A stretch of DNA of 63,717 bases, filler included, from Octopus bimaculoides (Eukaryota), in the NCBI RefSeq assembly GCF_001194135.2. It is 6 parts of 6 records of this genome, joined end to end, with 100 filler letters (N's around TTAATTAATTAA, not from the genome) between each part and the next. Parts side by side here need not be neighbours in the genome. Positions count along the whole stretch, not along the records: positions 1 to 22,842 come from NC_068990.1; 5 more parts are not named here. One strand, 5' to 3'. Shown here piece after piece: positions 1-12,163 of this stretch (the first letter of the stretch is position 1; each line of letters opens with the position of its first letter). The notes under the pieces were generated by a model. That model did not search any database and was not told where the DNA came from. It saw only the letters and a list, made by a program, of their open reading frames with translations. Both the position numbers and the translations under genes were made by a program.

Positions 1-1594
1 AAACGATGATGATGATACATACATACATAGTTCAAATTTATAGAAAAACAAAGATGAAGACAGGTGTAGGAACTACAAGCAAGTGTATTAGTTTGACACT
101 TGGGAAAAATGAAAGTCTTTTATGTTTCAAATTTAAGCTCTTTAACAGAAAGGAATAAGAGGAAATAGAGAGAGAATGAAAAAAAAACATGTTGAGTTCA
201 CTGGTCCAACATGGTGAATGCATACGTGGATGGATACATACATACATACATACATACATACATACATACATACGTACATACATACCCTGTTGATGTAGTT
301 GAAATTCCAATGAAGAAGCCAACAATGCTTGTGCAAAATTTTAGGTCCAGTAAGGCTTGCACAACACCACATAGACCCTCTCCACTCTATTGACATTTTG
401 CAGGCACAAGCCAAAGCAAGATATCCAGTGCCAGTATGGATCACAGGCTCAAGAATGTAGGAGCACAATGATCTCGAGTGCAAGCAAAAGATCCCCAAAA
501 TGTTCAATGTCATTCCCTGCACATCTGGTTTTATATCAGAGTGAACTTCTCTTAGAGATATGCTTTCACACAAGCTGAAGGATGCCTCGCTTCCAGTGGT
601 CTTCAAGCATGCCAAACACCAATCCAGAATTTCTGAGTCCATGCTATCACTAGTTAGACATTGAACCTATACTAGGTTCATCCGTTCATTTGACCATTTC
701 ATTTTTAGTCCTGCTGGGTTTTTAGCAACCCTCCTCACCAGGCTAGCCAATAATCCAACCATGCAAAAGGTTGTAGTGGATTCCATGTTACCAGTAGCAC
801 TCTTGTATAATAAAACAGAGTTTGTGTGTGTGTACATGTGTGTGTGTGTGTGTTCCTTATGGATTCAAAAACTGAGTTGCCAATTTTGACGTATGAGGTA
901 TCAAAAGATGCAGTAATCTTTCAGATACCAAATAAAGCATGTTTCTTTTTGCACAAGAACTCTTTTTTTACTACAAAAATAAGTCTAACCCCTCCTCAGT
1001 TGTCGACTGTTAATTCCCCCCTATTTTGAGCTTTTAACAACAATATAGGAAAACTTCATAAAACAGCAGCATCCAGAAATTTTTAAAATATAAAATTTGC
1101 AGAGAGTTAGAGCTTCGAACGAACAAGCAACAACAGCATGGATGTACAGAGTAAACAATTGATGAAGACAAACATTAAAGGCAGTTAGGCCAAGATGCAT
1201 TGTAATGGGTAACACCTGGGAAAAATTTTGAAAGGAGAATAGAATAAATACAAGAGAAGAAAATAGTAGAAGAGAAAAAATGTCGGAAGGCAAGAAAAAA
1301 GGACATCCAGTTAAGTACGCGTCACATCTAGAAAAGACAGGGGTGAGAAAAAAATGGCCTGTAGTCATGTGGGAACAAACAGGCAGAGGAGAAGAGAGAC
1401 AAGAGAGTGCTTGAGGGAAAGAAACAAAAAAAAGCTTGAAACTCATGCGACCCCTACTATCAGCAGCTTTATTTACATTTTAATTAATTAATATTATCCC
1501 AAGCCACTTCTAGCAAGGCTTGCCCCAAGGGTTGGGAATACCTGCTATAGTAGAAAGCATTATATATATATGTTGTTGTTTTCTCTCTGTTTAG

Positions 1595-1714
1595 GTCATT
1601 AACAACTATGGTCATGGTGGCTGTGGTCTGACAACTTTCGTTGGTTGTGCAAAAGATGTTGTGGCTATGATCAGAGAAGCTGGTGCAGCACCATGGTACA
1701 GTGCTAAACTTTAA
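1595..1714 (+). CDS. DAO: Last coding exon of a D-amino-acid oxidase / D-aspartate oxidase family gene (upstream exons outside the window)
   Basis: A polypyrimidine tract plus AG (ttttctctctgtttag, ending 1594) is followed by a phase-0 frame, VINNYGHGGCGLTTFVGCAKDVVAMIREAGAAPWYSAKL-TAA. This matches the DAO/DDO C-terminal motif (V-x-H-N-Y-G-H-G-G-x-G-L-T-x-x-x-G-C-A) and ends in the PTS1 tripeptide AKL. GHGGxGLT is closer to DAO than to vertebrate DDO, but paralogue identity cannot be settled from one exon. Confidence 0.85.
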   Translation, partial: VINNYGHGGCGLTTFVGCAKDVVAMIREAGAAPWYSAKL

Positions 1715-1844
1715 CGGTGTGAGTCTTTAACTGCTGGATTGTATTGAAACAGCATTGACAATACACACACATACATATATATACACAGACACACAAGCAC
1801 ACATAGATATACACATACATAGACAAACACATATATACCTGGAC

Positions 1845-2557
1845 GGTGTCCAGTCAATTCATCGATGGCAATTTGTCATTGTTTAATCTGTTCCTAGTCA
1901 ATTTGTCAAGATCATAGGCAAAATGGAAGAATGAATATCTGAATTAAAAAAACGTTTATTTCAAGGTTTGCTGTATTACATATTTATTTTTTCTTAAAAT
2001 TTAAGATTGTGTGCAATTACTTTTAGAAAAATAATTTTTTGGCTTGGATCATATTTTTCCATGACATTTTTTATACGCAGGTTCATATCTCTGTATTTTT
2101 TTCTTTTGGCTTGGTTCGAATCTTTCCTCACATTTAATCACATCAATAAGTTTCCAAATATTTTGATGACTAATATTCACTGTACTTTTCAGTGCGCTGT
2201 GATAAGCTTCTTAACTATTTGTAGTACAAGTAATCCTTGTCATGTATCGATCCTGAACATTCCTTATAGGTAATGGAAATGGAAGTTCAAGATCCCAATC
2301 TTCTTAAGCTCTTTATAATTTTCATCTGTATGAAGTCTCACCTTGCACACACAATTTTTGCACCTCCAGTATTATCTTCAATCCATCTGCATTCTGCTTA
2401 TTTTTTGCATACATATAATTTTCTTGATCAACCACTTTGATTTTTCCTTTCTCTGAAGTTATGATCTTGCAGGTAGTCATGTTGATGGGTAGATGTATTG
2501 AATAAATTTAATTCGATTTGCTTGAAAATCTTTGTTCATAAACTATTCAGCACAGAT

Positions 2558-2596
<39 letters not shown>

Positions 2597-2780
2597 GGGC
2601 AGGGTTAAAGAAACTAAAAAATATATCTAAAACTGTCCAACGACAATTTTAATTCTAAATTGATTGTTCTAAACTTTCCCTCGAAAATAACATTTAAGAG
2701 TCTTTTGGGACAAATTGGCCAGTGACAAATTGACAAATTAACCAACGACGAAATAACTGGGGATGAATTATCCTAGCACC
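1845..2780 (-). mobile_element. Non-autonomous Mutator-like (MULE) DNA transposon with a FLYWCH-domain transposase remnant
   Basis: Degenerate inverted termini (GGTGTCCAGTCAATTCATC... versus ...GATGAATTATCCTAGCACC) with subterminal AATTTGTC repeats. Flanks TACCTGGAC (1836-1844) and TACATCGAC (2781-2789) match at 7 of 9 positions, a Mutator-type 9-bp TSD. The minus strand about 2480-2295 reads MTTCKIITSEKGKIKVVDQENYMYAKNKQNADGLKI/YWRCKNCVCKVRLHTDEN with one frameshift, which is FLYWCH-like. Confidence 0.75.
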
Positions 2781-2812
2781 TACATCGACACACATATACA
2801 TAACATATACAC

Positions 2813-2843
<31 letters not shown>

Positions 2844-3204
2844 GACATGCTGATGACTAGATATACACATATACTCACAGATATTTAATTACCTTTTTCC
2901 AAACAATTAATTTCATCTTTAAAGACAAAAAAAAAGTTTTAGTGTTTACATTTTTTTCATGCAGTTCAATAAATTTAATCACAAATTATCAATAGGTTAC
3001 TTATTCCCTGAATCTGTATACTTAGTACTGATCTGGATTTAAACTCTGGAACTAAATTTCTGACCTAAGAATGGTAACAAAGTTAAAGCTTTGATAAATT
3101 TCAATTGAAATAATATTATATTTCTAACTTTTTAGTGGTTGTAACACAATGGGCCATGATGTTGGGGAGCAGCTGGTATAGTGGAACTCTAAAAGAGGTA
3201 ATTA

Positions 3205-3425
3205 CAGCAGTGGATTAGCAGAATCGTTAGAGCAATAGAAAAATGGTTTGTGGTGTTACTTGAGGTTCTTTAGGTTCTGCATTCAAACCTTGCCAAGGTT
3301 GACTTTACCTGTCATTCCTCCAGAGTCTATAAAATAAAGTACTAATGAAGTACTAGGGGTCGATGCTACTGACTAACACTCTCCCCTCAAAATTGCAAGC
3401 TTTCTGCTTAAATCTGAAAGTATTA
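3205..3425 (+). mobile_element. SINE family A (tRNA-derived), diverged copy
   Basis: tagcagaatcgttagagc...gttctgcattcaaacc...ggggtcgat...ctcccctcaaaattgc aligns by eye to the cleaner family A copies (e.g. 39043-39252). Confidence 0.7.
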
Positions 3426-3854
3426 AAAACTGATAATTTCATTAATTTTGTAACAAATGATTTTGTTTTAATGAATTCTCTGAATAAATAAAAAATATAT
3501 TGCATTCAATACTGACTGCCTTGTAATTGTTACTGTTGTCGTTATTGCTGCTTAGCCCCAGGTCTTCCCTAAACAAACAGATCTACAATTAAAGAAATTA
3601 CATGTCTTTTGTCTTTGTTTTTATTGGATTTTTTTTTTCCAGAATTAAGTTATCTAATGTATCCTTTTTTAAGACAATACAATGTGATTTGAGGCAGATT
3701 TGATAGCCATTTCTAGCACGGTGAGTATCCATATATAAGCTTCTGTATTTAACTATGTCGCCTTCCATGAAACATGAATTTTTCTAACAAACAGAAAAAA
3801 GATCTTTCCATGTTAAATATAAATATATACTCCAATATCATCATCATCATTATT

Positions 3855-4078
3855 AAGGCAGCAAGCTAACAGAGTTGTTAGCATGCCAGATAAAATGCTT
3901 AGCAGCATTTTATTCTGATTCTGTATGTTCTGAGTTCAAATTCTGCCAAGGTCGAAGTTGCCTTTCATCTTTCCAAAATTAATAAAATAAGTGCCAAAGT
4001 ATTGGAGGTGGAGGGGAGCATGTAATCAATTTACCCCTTCCCTCAAAATAACTGGCCTTCTGTCAAAATTTGAAATTA
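3855..4078 (+). mobile_element. SINE family A copy
   Basis: Head aaggcagcaagctaacagagttgttagc, B-box-like GAGTTCAAATTC, central gcctttcatc...aataagt block and (ATT)n-type tail. Confidence 0.8.
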
Positions 4079-4289
4079 TTACTATTATTTGCTTATTTTG
4101 TCTTTGCTTTGTTTTATTTGAGCTATTCCAAGTTTCACACAGAGACCTCAAGTAACAATAAGTTGGACATTTTACTATGTGTGTTATTTGTGATTAGCAA
4201 TGATATATCATACAGAAAGGAGGCCAGAATCTGAAAGCTAAAATTCTGTTAAATTTGTAATGTTTCAGTTTTTTGAGAATCAGATATTT

Positions 4290-5720
4290 TCAGATTAACA
4301 ATGTTTTCCTTAGAATATGGTCAGTTCCCATGAGGATAATTTTTTGTAGTTCTGATGCCTTGGGGTTTCTTGGTATTTGACCATAGTAACTAAGAGTGCC
4401 TTTTGATATTGTCCCCAAAACTCCAATGATTACAGGTACAGTTGTTGCCATGTTTTTGAGACCTCTGTTTCAAGGTTTTTATATTTACTTAACTTTTCAA
4501 ATGTTTTTTACAGAAGTGCTGCAGTCTGCTGGGAGTAACATGCCTATGAGCAGACATGTTTGTCAATGTAATCTTTATTGCCAAAATATCTGGTCAGGTT
4601 AAAATACTGAAGTCCCAAAAATGGTGATATCTTCTTTATTACATTTTGGCACCCAAGTCTCAACCAGAAATATCAAGAGACAACAGTTTTTCATCTAAAG
4701 ATACCAACAGGTGAACTACAGGAATTTATATAGAACATGTGAGGTACCCATAAGTACGATCTTTTGTAATTCACTTATTTTGGGGCTGCCAGGGATTTGG
4801 TCTACATACTTGTTTGCTTCTCTTGGTATCATTCCAAGTGCCCCAATAATAGGTAACATTATTGTTTTGAGATGCCACATTTTTTCCAATATCAATCTCC
4901 AGGCCCTTATATTTGCTCAGTTTTCCAAGCATTTTCAGAAATATATTTCTCAGCTAGGGCTGCAACATCAATCAAAAGACTGAGCTTCTCTGCCATGTCA
5001 TTGGTGTCAGTTAGTTGCATCCAGAGATTATGTGGTTGATTGTCTCTGGATATTCTCCTTCTACATGGCATGATGAACTACTTTCATGTTTCAAAACATT
5101 ACACTGATAAGGTGGAAGGCATTGATCCTGAGCAGCAATAATATATCCATTGTTAGTTCAAGACCACTGATGGGTAAGGGTTTGGTCAAAATTAGGGCCC
5201 CTAACTCTACTGGATATTTACCATGCAGTGGGTTTTGCTCCCATTTCTCTTGAGGCTTGTTAGGCTATGTTTTCTATTTGTTTTGCTTTTCAATTGAGAA
5301 AACGTTTTCTTCAGGTAATGATTCATCTAGCAGGTGTTTTTGAGCTGAAAATATCCACTGTGTTTCCCTTCTTTCCTTCCAACTTCATTGTAACCATTTC
5401 TTGACTTTCTTCACACAACTAGGAACACTTCCACTTTTTGTCCACATCAATGAAAACAGGAGCAAATTAGTCCAGCATGTTGCAATAAATTTTCTCCCTT
5501 GTAACCCAGTACCTTCTCTATTTCAGGAAGGTATGGAGTATTGTTTAGAACAGAGACAAACTGCTGAGATAAGATTTAAAGGATCTCAAAGTGCTACCAA
5601 AAGATTTAAAGGATCTCAAAGTGCTACCAAAAGCTGCAAATATCAGCTTGAAATTTGGCCCCTCACAGCCACTGAGGTTCCTCTGAAACTGTATAATGGC
5701 TTAATGCTTTTATTACCAAG
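4290..5720 (-). mobile_element. Fragments of R4/Dong-like non-LTR retrotransposons (RT N-terminus, CCHC finger, two RLE C-termini)
   Basis: Minus-strand remnants include TCLLIGMLLPAD...TVPVIIGVLGTISKG...ELQKIILMG (about 4310-4570), KLSKYKGLEID...IIGALGMIP...ELQKIVLMGT (about 4730-4925), ETINHIISGC (about 5020-5050), IIAAQDQ (about 5125-5145) and LHGKYP (about 5210-5225). All are broken by stops and frameshifts. Confidence 0.8.
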
Positions 5721-5879
5721 GGCTCAATAGATAGTTTTGCACCTTCATTTCAAGGAGTCTGCACCAACATATCATTTGCCTATACTTCCCACTTCTTTTC
5801 TTGATTATTTACTAATGTTCTCTCTAGTTTAAGGATTTCTAACACTGGTTCTTTACTAACTAATAATAATGATAATAAT

Positions 5880-6288
5880 TCTTTCAAATTTTGGCACATG
5901 GCCAGAAATTTTGGAGGGAGAGACTAGTCAGTTACAGTGACTCCAGTACTCAACTGATACTTTAATTTTATCAATCCCTGGGCAGAATTTGAGCTCAGAA
6001 CATAAAGATTCAGAAGAAATGCTGCTAAACATTTTTTATGACATGCTAATGATTCTGCCAGCTCACCACCTTAATACTGATAATTGTTTCTACTATGGGC
6101 ACAAGGCCTGCAGTTTGGGTAGTGGGGTGGGGCTAGTCAACCACATCAACTTCTGTACTTATTTTGACTCAGAAAAGATGAAAGGCAAAGTCAACCTCTG
6201 CAGGATTTGAACTCAGAATGTAAAGACAGACGAAATGCCGCAAAGCATTTTGCCCAGCGTGCTAATGATTCTGCCAGCTTGTCACCTT
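5880..6288 (-). mobile_element. Two head-to-tail SINE family A copies (about 5880-6072 and 6086-6288)
   Basis: Each ends on the plus strand in gattctgccagct...cctt (the SINE head) and carries the reverse complement of GAGTTCAAATCC/GAGCTCAAATTC. Confidence 0.8.
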
Positions 6289-6317
6289 TATAAAAACGGA
6301 TCTACTTGTACATACAT

Positions 6318-6525
6318 ATACTGGCACTCCATCAGCTATGACGATGAGGGTTCCAATTGATCCAATCAACAGAACAGCTTGCTCGTGAAGTTAACATGCA
6401 AGTAGTTCTTAAGGATGGGACAAGGTTGGTCCTTCGAAATATAGGTACTACTCATTTTTGTTAGTTGAATGGACTGGAGCAATGTGAAATAAAATGTCTT
6501 GCTCAAGGACACAACAAGCCAGGAA
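6318..6525 (-). mobile_element. SINE family C (tRNA-Arg-like head, CORE-like body), diverged
   Basis: ggcactccatcagctatgacgatgagggttcca...gctcgtgaagttaac...tgtcttgctcaaggacacaac is similar to the copy at 23870-24068. Confidence 0.7.
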
Positions 6526-6769
6526 TTGAAAAGAGAAAAAATCAGCAGGTCACTTAGCTGATGATTGAACTCATATACAGATATTAATAATTGAAGCAGT
6601 TTCCAAATTCCACCAAAGTGACATGCTAATAATGATAATAATAATAATAATAATAATAATTTCAAATTTTGGCACAAGGAAAGCAATTTCAGGGTAGTGG
6701 ATAAATCAACTGCAAAAGAATGAAATGCATAGTCAACCTGTGCAGAATTTGAATTCAGAAAGTAAAGTC

Positions 6770-6945
6770 AAACAACCTTGGTGTATCGCAAAAATCAGCT
6801 TTTCTTGGAACTGCACGCATGCTGCATTTAGCACTATCTGTCTGAGGTTCTTGTTGTGACTTGACAGACAGTACAAACCCCCAGTACACACAATATTTTC
6901 AGTCTACAACATCACAATATTGGATACAGTGCAAAAGTCTTCAAT
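6770..6945 (+). mobile_element. 3' stub of an R4/Dong-like LINE
   Basis: caaaaatcagcttttcttggaactgcacgcatg (QKSAFLGTARML), then ctgtctgaggttcttgttgtgacttgacaga, shared with 42170-42205 and 33250-33290, followed by an (AAT)n tail. Confidence 0.75.
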
Positions 6946-7002
6946 AATAATAATTATCATCATCATCATCGTCGTCGTCGTCGTTGTTGTCATCATTATT
7001 AT

Positions 7003-7166
7003 AGGCGTAAGAGTGGCTGTGTGGTAAGTAGTTTGCTTACGAACCACATGGTTCCGGGTTCAGTCCCACTGTGTGGCACCTTAGGCAAGCGTCTTCTACT
7101 ATAGCCTCGGGCCGACCAAAGCCTTGTGAGTGGATTTGGTAAACAGAAACTGAAAGAAACCCATCA

Positions 7167-7223
<57 letters not shown>

Positions 7224-7235
7224 TTGTGTGTGTAT

Positions 7236-7331
<96 letters not shown>

Positions 7332-7550
7332 GTGTGTGTATATGTTTGTGTGTCTGTGTTTGTCCCCCCAACATCGCTTGACAACCGATGGTGGTGTGTT
7401 TACGTCCCCGTAACTTAGTGGTTTGGCAAAAGAGACCGATAGAATAAGTACTAGGCTTACAAAGAATAAGTCCTGGGGTCAATTTGCTTGACTAAAAAGG
7501 TGGTGCTCCAGCATGGCCACAGTCAAATGACTGAAACAAGTAAAAGAGTA
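7003..7550 (+). mobile_element. SINE family B, full length, with an internal (TA)n/(TG)n microsatellite
   Basis: tRNA-like head GGCGTAAGAGTGGCTGTGTGGTAAG...GGTTCAGTCCC, then a CORE-like ggcaccttaggcaag block. A microsatellite occupies about 7165-7350. The 3' half ends gcatggccacagtcaaatgactgaaacaagtaaaagagta. Confidence 0.9.
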
Positions 7551-7555
7551 TCATT

Positions 7556-7993
7556 ATAGTTTCATATTTTGGTACAAGGCCAGCAATTTCAAGGGAAAGA
7601 GTAAATCGAGTACATCAACCCCCAGTATTCAGCTGGTGCTTACTTTATCAACCCCAAAGGATGAAAGGCAAAGTTGACCTCAGTGGAATTTGAACCCAGA
7701 ATGTAAAGAGAACAAACTGCTGCTCAGCATTTTGCCTGGCACAGGAATGACTCTGCCGACTCTCTGCCTTAATAATAATAATAATCCTTTATACTACAGA
7801 CACAAAGCCTGAAATTTTGGGGGAGAGGGCTAATCGATTACCTCATTGCATAACCAGTACTTATTTCATCAACCCCGAAAGGATGAATGGTAAAGTCAGC
7901 CTTGGTGGGATTTGAACTCAGAACGTAAGGACAGATGAAATACTGCTAAGCATTTTGACTGTTGTGCTAACAATTCTGCCAGTTTGCTGCCTT
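7556..7993 (-). mobile_element. Two head-to-tail SINE family A copies separated by (TAA)n
   Basis: Both carry aaggatgaa(a/t)gg(c/t)aaagt...ggaatttgaa and end at ctgcc...cctt adjoining TAA repeats. Confidence 0.8.
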
Positions 7994-8989
7994 AATAATA
8001 ATAATAATCGAATGCATACAACACATTGAAAAGCTATTTGCATTCTATACTGCAACACTATACCCAAAACACACAGAAGTAATAAAAGAAGCATATGAGA
8101 TATGGAGGGAAAATAATAAAGATATGTATAAGAAAAAGCATTACACAAAATATATTTGCAAACGTCCAGTGATATATCATCTTATAAGAAGGGAAAGTTA
8201 CCAAAACCAAAATAGACAAACTCATACTGTAAATAATCAACAAAATAAAAAAAGAAACACATGTACACTACAGGTTGGATAGCCAACAGAAGAACACAAC
8301 TTGTATTACACATACAACACACAATACAAACACTAATACAACAAAAGACTCAAGCTAAATCCCATAACAAAACATACTGATGTCGTACAATACCGGGAAG
8401 ATTTTGTACCTCCTCCATAACAACAAAAAACACACTCACACAATGCTGCACGCACCTCAGCAATACAAAATTGTAGTATGTAATGCAGTAGAAATTTACC
8501 AGAAACTATCAAATTTCAAATGATGATGATGATAGTGATAATAAGGGGGAAAAAACATCACATGCATGATGATGTTCTCACGATAAACACACACACACGA
8601 ACATTACCTTACTTCAGTTTATGAGAGACATGAGTTTATACAGAAACTCAAGTGATAACAGCATAAATGAGGCTGGACCTTTAAGGAAAGACCTCTCACT
8701 CAGTAGTGTTTCAGTACAGATGCAGACTGCCCTCTCATTATTCTAATACAGTATCAGTACATAATAGAGTAATGAGGAAGAAATGAACAAGTGAAGAGAA
8801 CAGGGTAGTGATGCAGTACTACTCAGAAAGTGAACCCAAAGTAAGAGGTTACAGAAAATGTATGCTAGCATTTTGATTAAAGAAAGGTATGGTTGATGTA
8901 ACAGAGCACAGGCTAATACTATTTGGAGAAATACGTAGATGACAGAATTAGGGGTACAAGATATTACAAGACAATTAAAAAAAAAAGAA

Positions 8990-9345
8990 TCATTGGGCAA
9001 TACACTGCATTTGTGAAGACCTGTTGAGTCAAGTGAAGTCACTGTAATGGCCAATGACTGTACCACCTGATTGGCACCCATGCCGGTGGCACATAAAAAG
9101 CACCATTCAAGCATGGTCAATGCCAGTACCGCCTGACAGGCCCTCATGCCAGTGGCACGTAAACAGCACCCACTACACTCTTGGAGTGGTTGGCATTAGG
9201 AAGGGCATCCAGCTGTAGAAACTTTGCCAGATCAGATTGGAGCCTGGTGCAGCCTTCTGGCTTGCCAGCCTTCAGTCAAACCATCCAACCCATGCCAGCA
9301 TGGAAAGTGGACGTAAAATGACAACGATGATGATGATAATGATGA
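8990..9345 (+). mobile_element. Retroposon family E with RTE-type 3' end and (GAT)n tail
   Basis: tggttggcattaggaagggcatccagctgtagaaac...caacccatgccagcatggaaagtggacgtaaaatgac followed by (GAT)n. The window start (1-16, aaacgatgatgatgat) looks like the same tail. Confidence 0.6.
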
Positions 9346-12163
9346 CTACCAATCAAGAAGGAAAAACTAACACCAGCAACTTAAGTGAGGAAGATCAGAA
9401 GTTTTTAGATGAATTGAAGGGAGTAATGAGTAAAGAAAAAAGAAAATGACTACTAGCATTAAAAAGTGTTAATAGAAGGGAGTTGCCAAAAAAACAGATT
9501 CTGTTATCAGCAGAATTGATACTAGAAATATGGGTAACACTAACTTATTGATGTATGCAGGAAGAGTAGTAGTTACTAGCAGACTAGGTATTGCACAAGG
9601 AAAGAATTGGAAGGAACAGATGTGGAAATGGAGATTAGAAAATAAAGTGAAGGCTTAAAGACAAGATTTGAATAGAATAGAAGCCTGGAAAGAGAACAAG
9701 TTAAGAAACACATGATCTAAATCTTCTCTTGAGAAAAAATGCTTATCCAAAGAAAAAAGAGTTGGGGATAGTCATGGAAGAGCTGAAAATGCATGTTGTA
9801 TCAAAAGCAAGTAAGCTTTCCAAATATCAGAAAAGAATAGAACAGTAAGAAGAAAGCACTGAAGATGGGAAACCTAATGCAGAAGCTAGAAAGTTCTGGA
9901 GTAATATTTGGGATAAGTCAGTAAATTAAAATGGGGATGCATTTAAAGATAGTGAAAGAATAGTGAGAAGCAGCCAGATCTAAAACTAACTAATGCATTA
10001 ATGAGTAAAGTGTTAAGAAGAATTCTGAATTGGAAGGGCCCAGAACCAGATTTAGCTTCAAGGATACTGGTTAAAGAAATTTAGTAGCTTATATGAGAGA
10101 CTGAGGGAACAACTTCAGGATTGCCTGGATGGAAGAGTAATACCAGATTGGATGACTAGAGGGGGAACAGCACACCTTGTGAAAGACAAAAGCAAGAGCA
10201 ATATAGCTATCAATTATAAACCAATCACTTGCTTACCATTAGTGTGGAATTTGTTAATAGGAAAGCATTTATGATCACATTGACAGCCAGAATTTACTTC
10301 CGGAAGAACAAAAAGGTTGCAGGAAGAAGGCTAGAGGAATGCATGGTCTATTATATATAGACAAAGCAGTTCTAAATTAAGTGATAACTAGAAAGAAAAA
10401 TTTAACAATAGCATGGACAGATTATAAGAAAGCCTATGACATGATTCCACACTCGTGAATATGTGAATGGTCAATTATATTCAGTATTGTAGACAACATG
10501 ATCTCATCTAATTATCTATAGCATGAAGAAAGGGAAAATAGATTTTTACTCATGTGATACAGCCTTAGGGAAAGTTAAGAAGGAAATAATGAGTCTCCCT
10601 GGAAAGAATTTTCCAAGGAGACTCATTAGTCCCTTCAATATTTGTTATATGTTTAATCCCTATCAGTTTAATATTAAGAAAGGCAAAGGCAGATGATTGA
10701 AGCTTTTTAGTAAGAATAAAAAAGAGATTCTTTACTTCAAACTGTAAGACTTTTCAGCAAAGATACAGGTATGGAATTTGGCATAGATAAGTGCACAATA
10801 TTAGTCATAAAAAAAGTACAGGTAATCAGCGGTGAAGACATTTAGTTACCTGATGGTCAAACATTAAAAGCACTGAAAGAAGGAAATAGTTATAAGTATC
10901 TAGGAGTACTAGAATCTGACAGAGTAATAACTATAAAAATGAAAAAGAAAATTGAGGAGTACATCAGAAGGGTGAGGAAGTTAATTAAGTCAAAGCTAAA
11001 TGGTCCAAATCTAGTGATGGCTGTAAATATTTGGACAGTATCATTACTTAGATATTCAGCAACTTTTGTAGATTGGACAAAATCTGAATTATTGAATCTA
11101 GACAAGCACTAAGAAGGAATTCAATATGAATGGAGGACTTCATCTTAGAGCAAGTGTAGCAAGATTGTATTTACATACAAAGGAAGGTGGATGAGGCTCA
11201 ATATCAGCGGAAGACTGTGTAGTGTTAGCTAGAGTAGATATAACATTCTATGTAGGTAATAATAGTGAGGAAATTTTACTAAGAGCTGCTAGAGTAACAG
11301 TAGGAGATAAGGAAACCAAAAAGCCAAATGTAGTTAAAGGCCAGAAAAAAGAAGCAAGGATTATCTGACTGTCGAGAGAAGGCTTTGCATTGTAGATTTC
11401 CAAAGATATTTGCAGAAAATAGTAAGGCTGAAAAAGGAAACAGAAAGTTTGTTAGTAGCAGTACAAAATCAGGCATTGAAGATTAATTGGATAAAAGGTA
11501 AGATAGGCAAAATGCTAGATTCTCAGTGTAGATTATGTAAATCAAAGGAAGAAAGTGTTAATCATGTAGTTAGTGAATGTAGTGTACTGGCACAGAAGGA
11601 TTACAAGAAAAGTCATGACAACCCAGGGTGAGTAAACCACAGGAAGTTATGTAAAAAGCTAGGATTTGACCATACTGATAAGTGGTGTGAACATGACCTT
11701 GTAAAGTGCTAAGAAGTAAGAAATATAAGTTGTGTGATTTTAACATTCAGACTGATAGAGTAATAGAAGCTAGAAGGCTTGATTTAGTATTAGTAGACAA
11801 AGAGAATAGAAAGTGCCAGGTAATTGAGTTTAAAGTCCCAAATGATAAGAAAGTTAATGTGAGAGAAAACATCAAAGTACCAGGACCTAGCCATTGAGTT
11901 TCAGAGGCTATGGAAATGGTGGGTAAATCGTATCCCTGTAGTTATAAGTGCATTAGGAACTATCCCTAAAGATTTCAACTGATGGATAGGGGAAATAGAT
12001 ATAAAACCTGGTTTAATACAACTTTAGAAAACAGTACTATTAGGACAGCTATGATTCTTAGGAAGGTTCTTGGCATCTAAGGTTATTTGTTGTAGACACA
12101 ATGCTAGAAATTTTTTACAACAGTTTACTCTGTTGAGTGTAAATATGATGATGATAATAATAA
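9346..12163 (+). mobile_element. Degenerate long R4/Dong-like non-LTR retrotransposon (RT, CCHC zinc finger, restriction-like endonuclease)
   Basis: Ordered motifs across frameshifts: EEQKGCRKK, AWTDYKKAYDMIPHS, IFQGDSLVP, GMEFGIDKC, YKYLGVLESD, LHLRASVARLY, ETESLLVAVQNQAL...CRLCKSKEESVNHVVSEC, DFNIQTDRVIEARRLDLVLVD...QVIEFKVP, LGTAMILRKVL*. Ends in a (GAT)/(AAT) tail at about 12145-12163. Confidence 0.9.

Noticed and set aside
142-642. 166-aa minus-strand ORF near the window start
   Set aside because: No recognisable motif in any frame, its 3' part runs through a (TACA)n microsatellite, and it lies antisense within the oxidase intron.
1712-1747. Stop-codon readthrough (TAA CGG) extending the oxidase
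   Set aside because: TAA is the least leaky stop, and the extension (RCESLTAGLY*) would bury the PTS1 without creating a new one.
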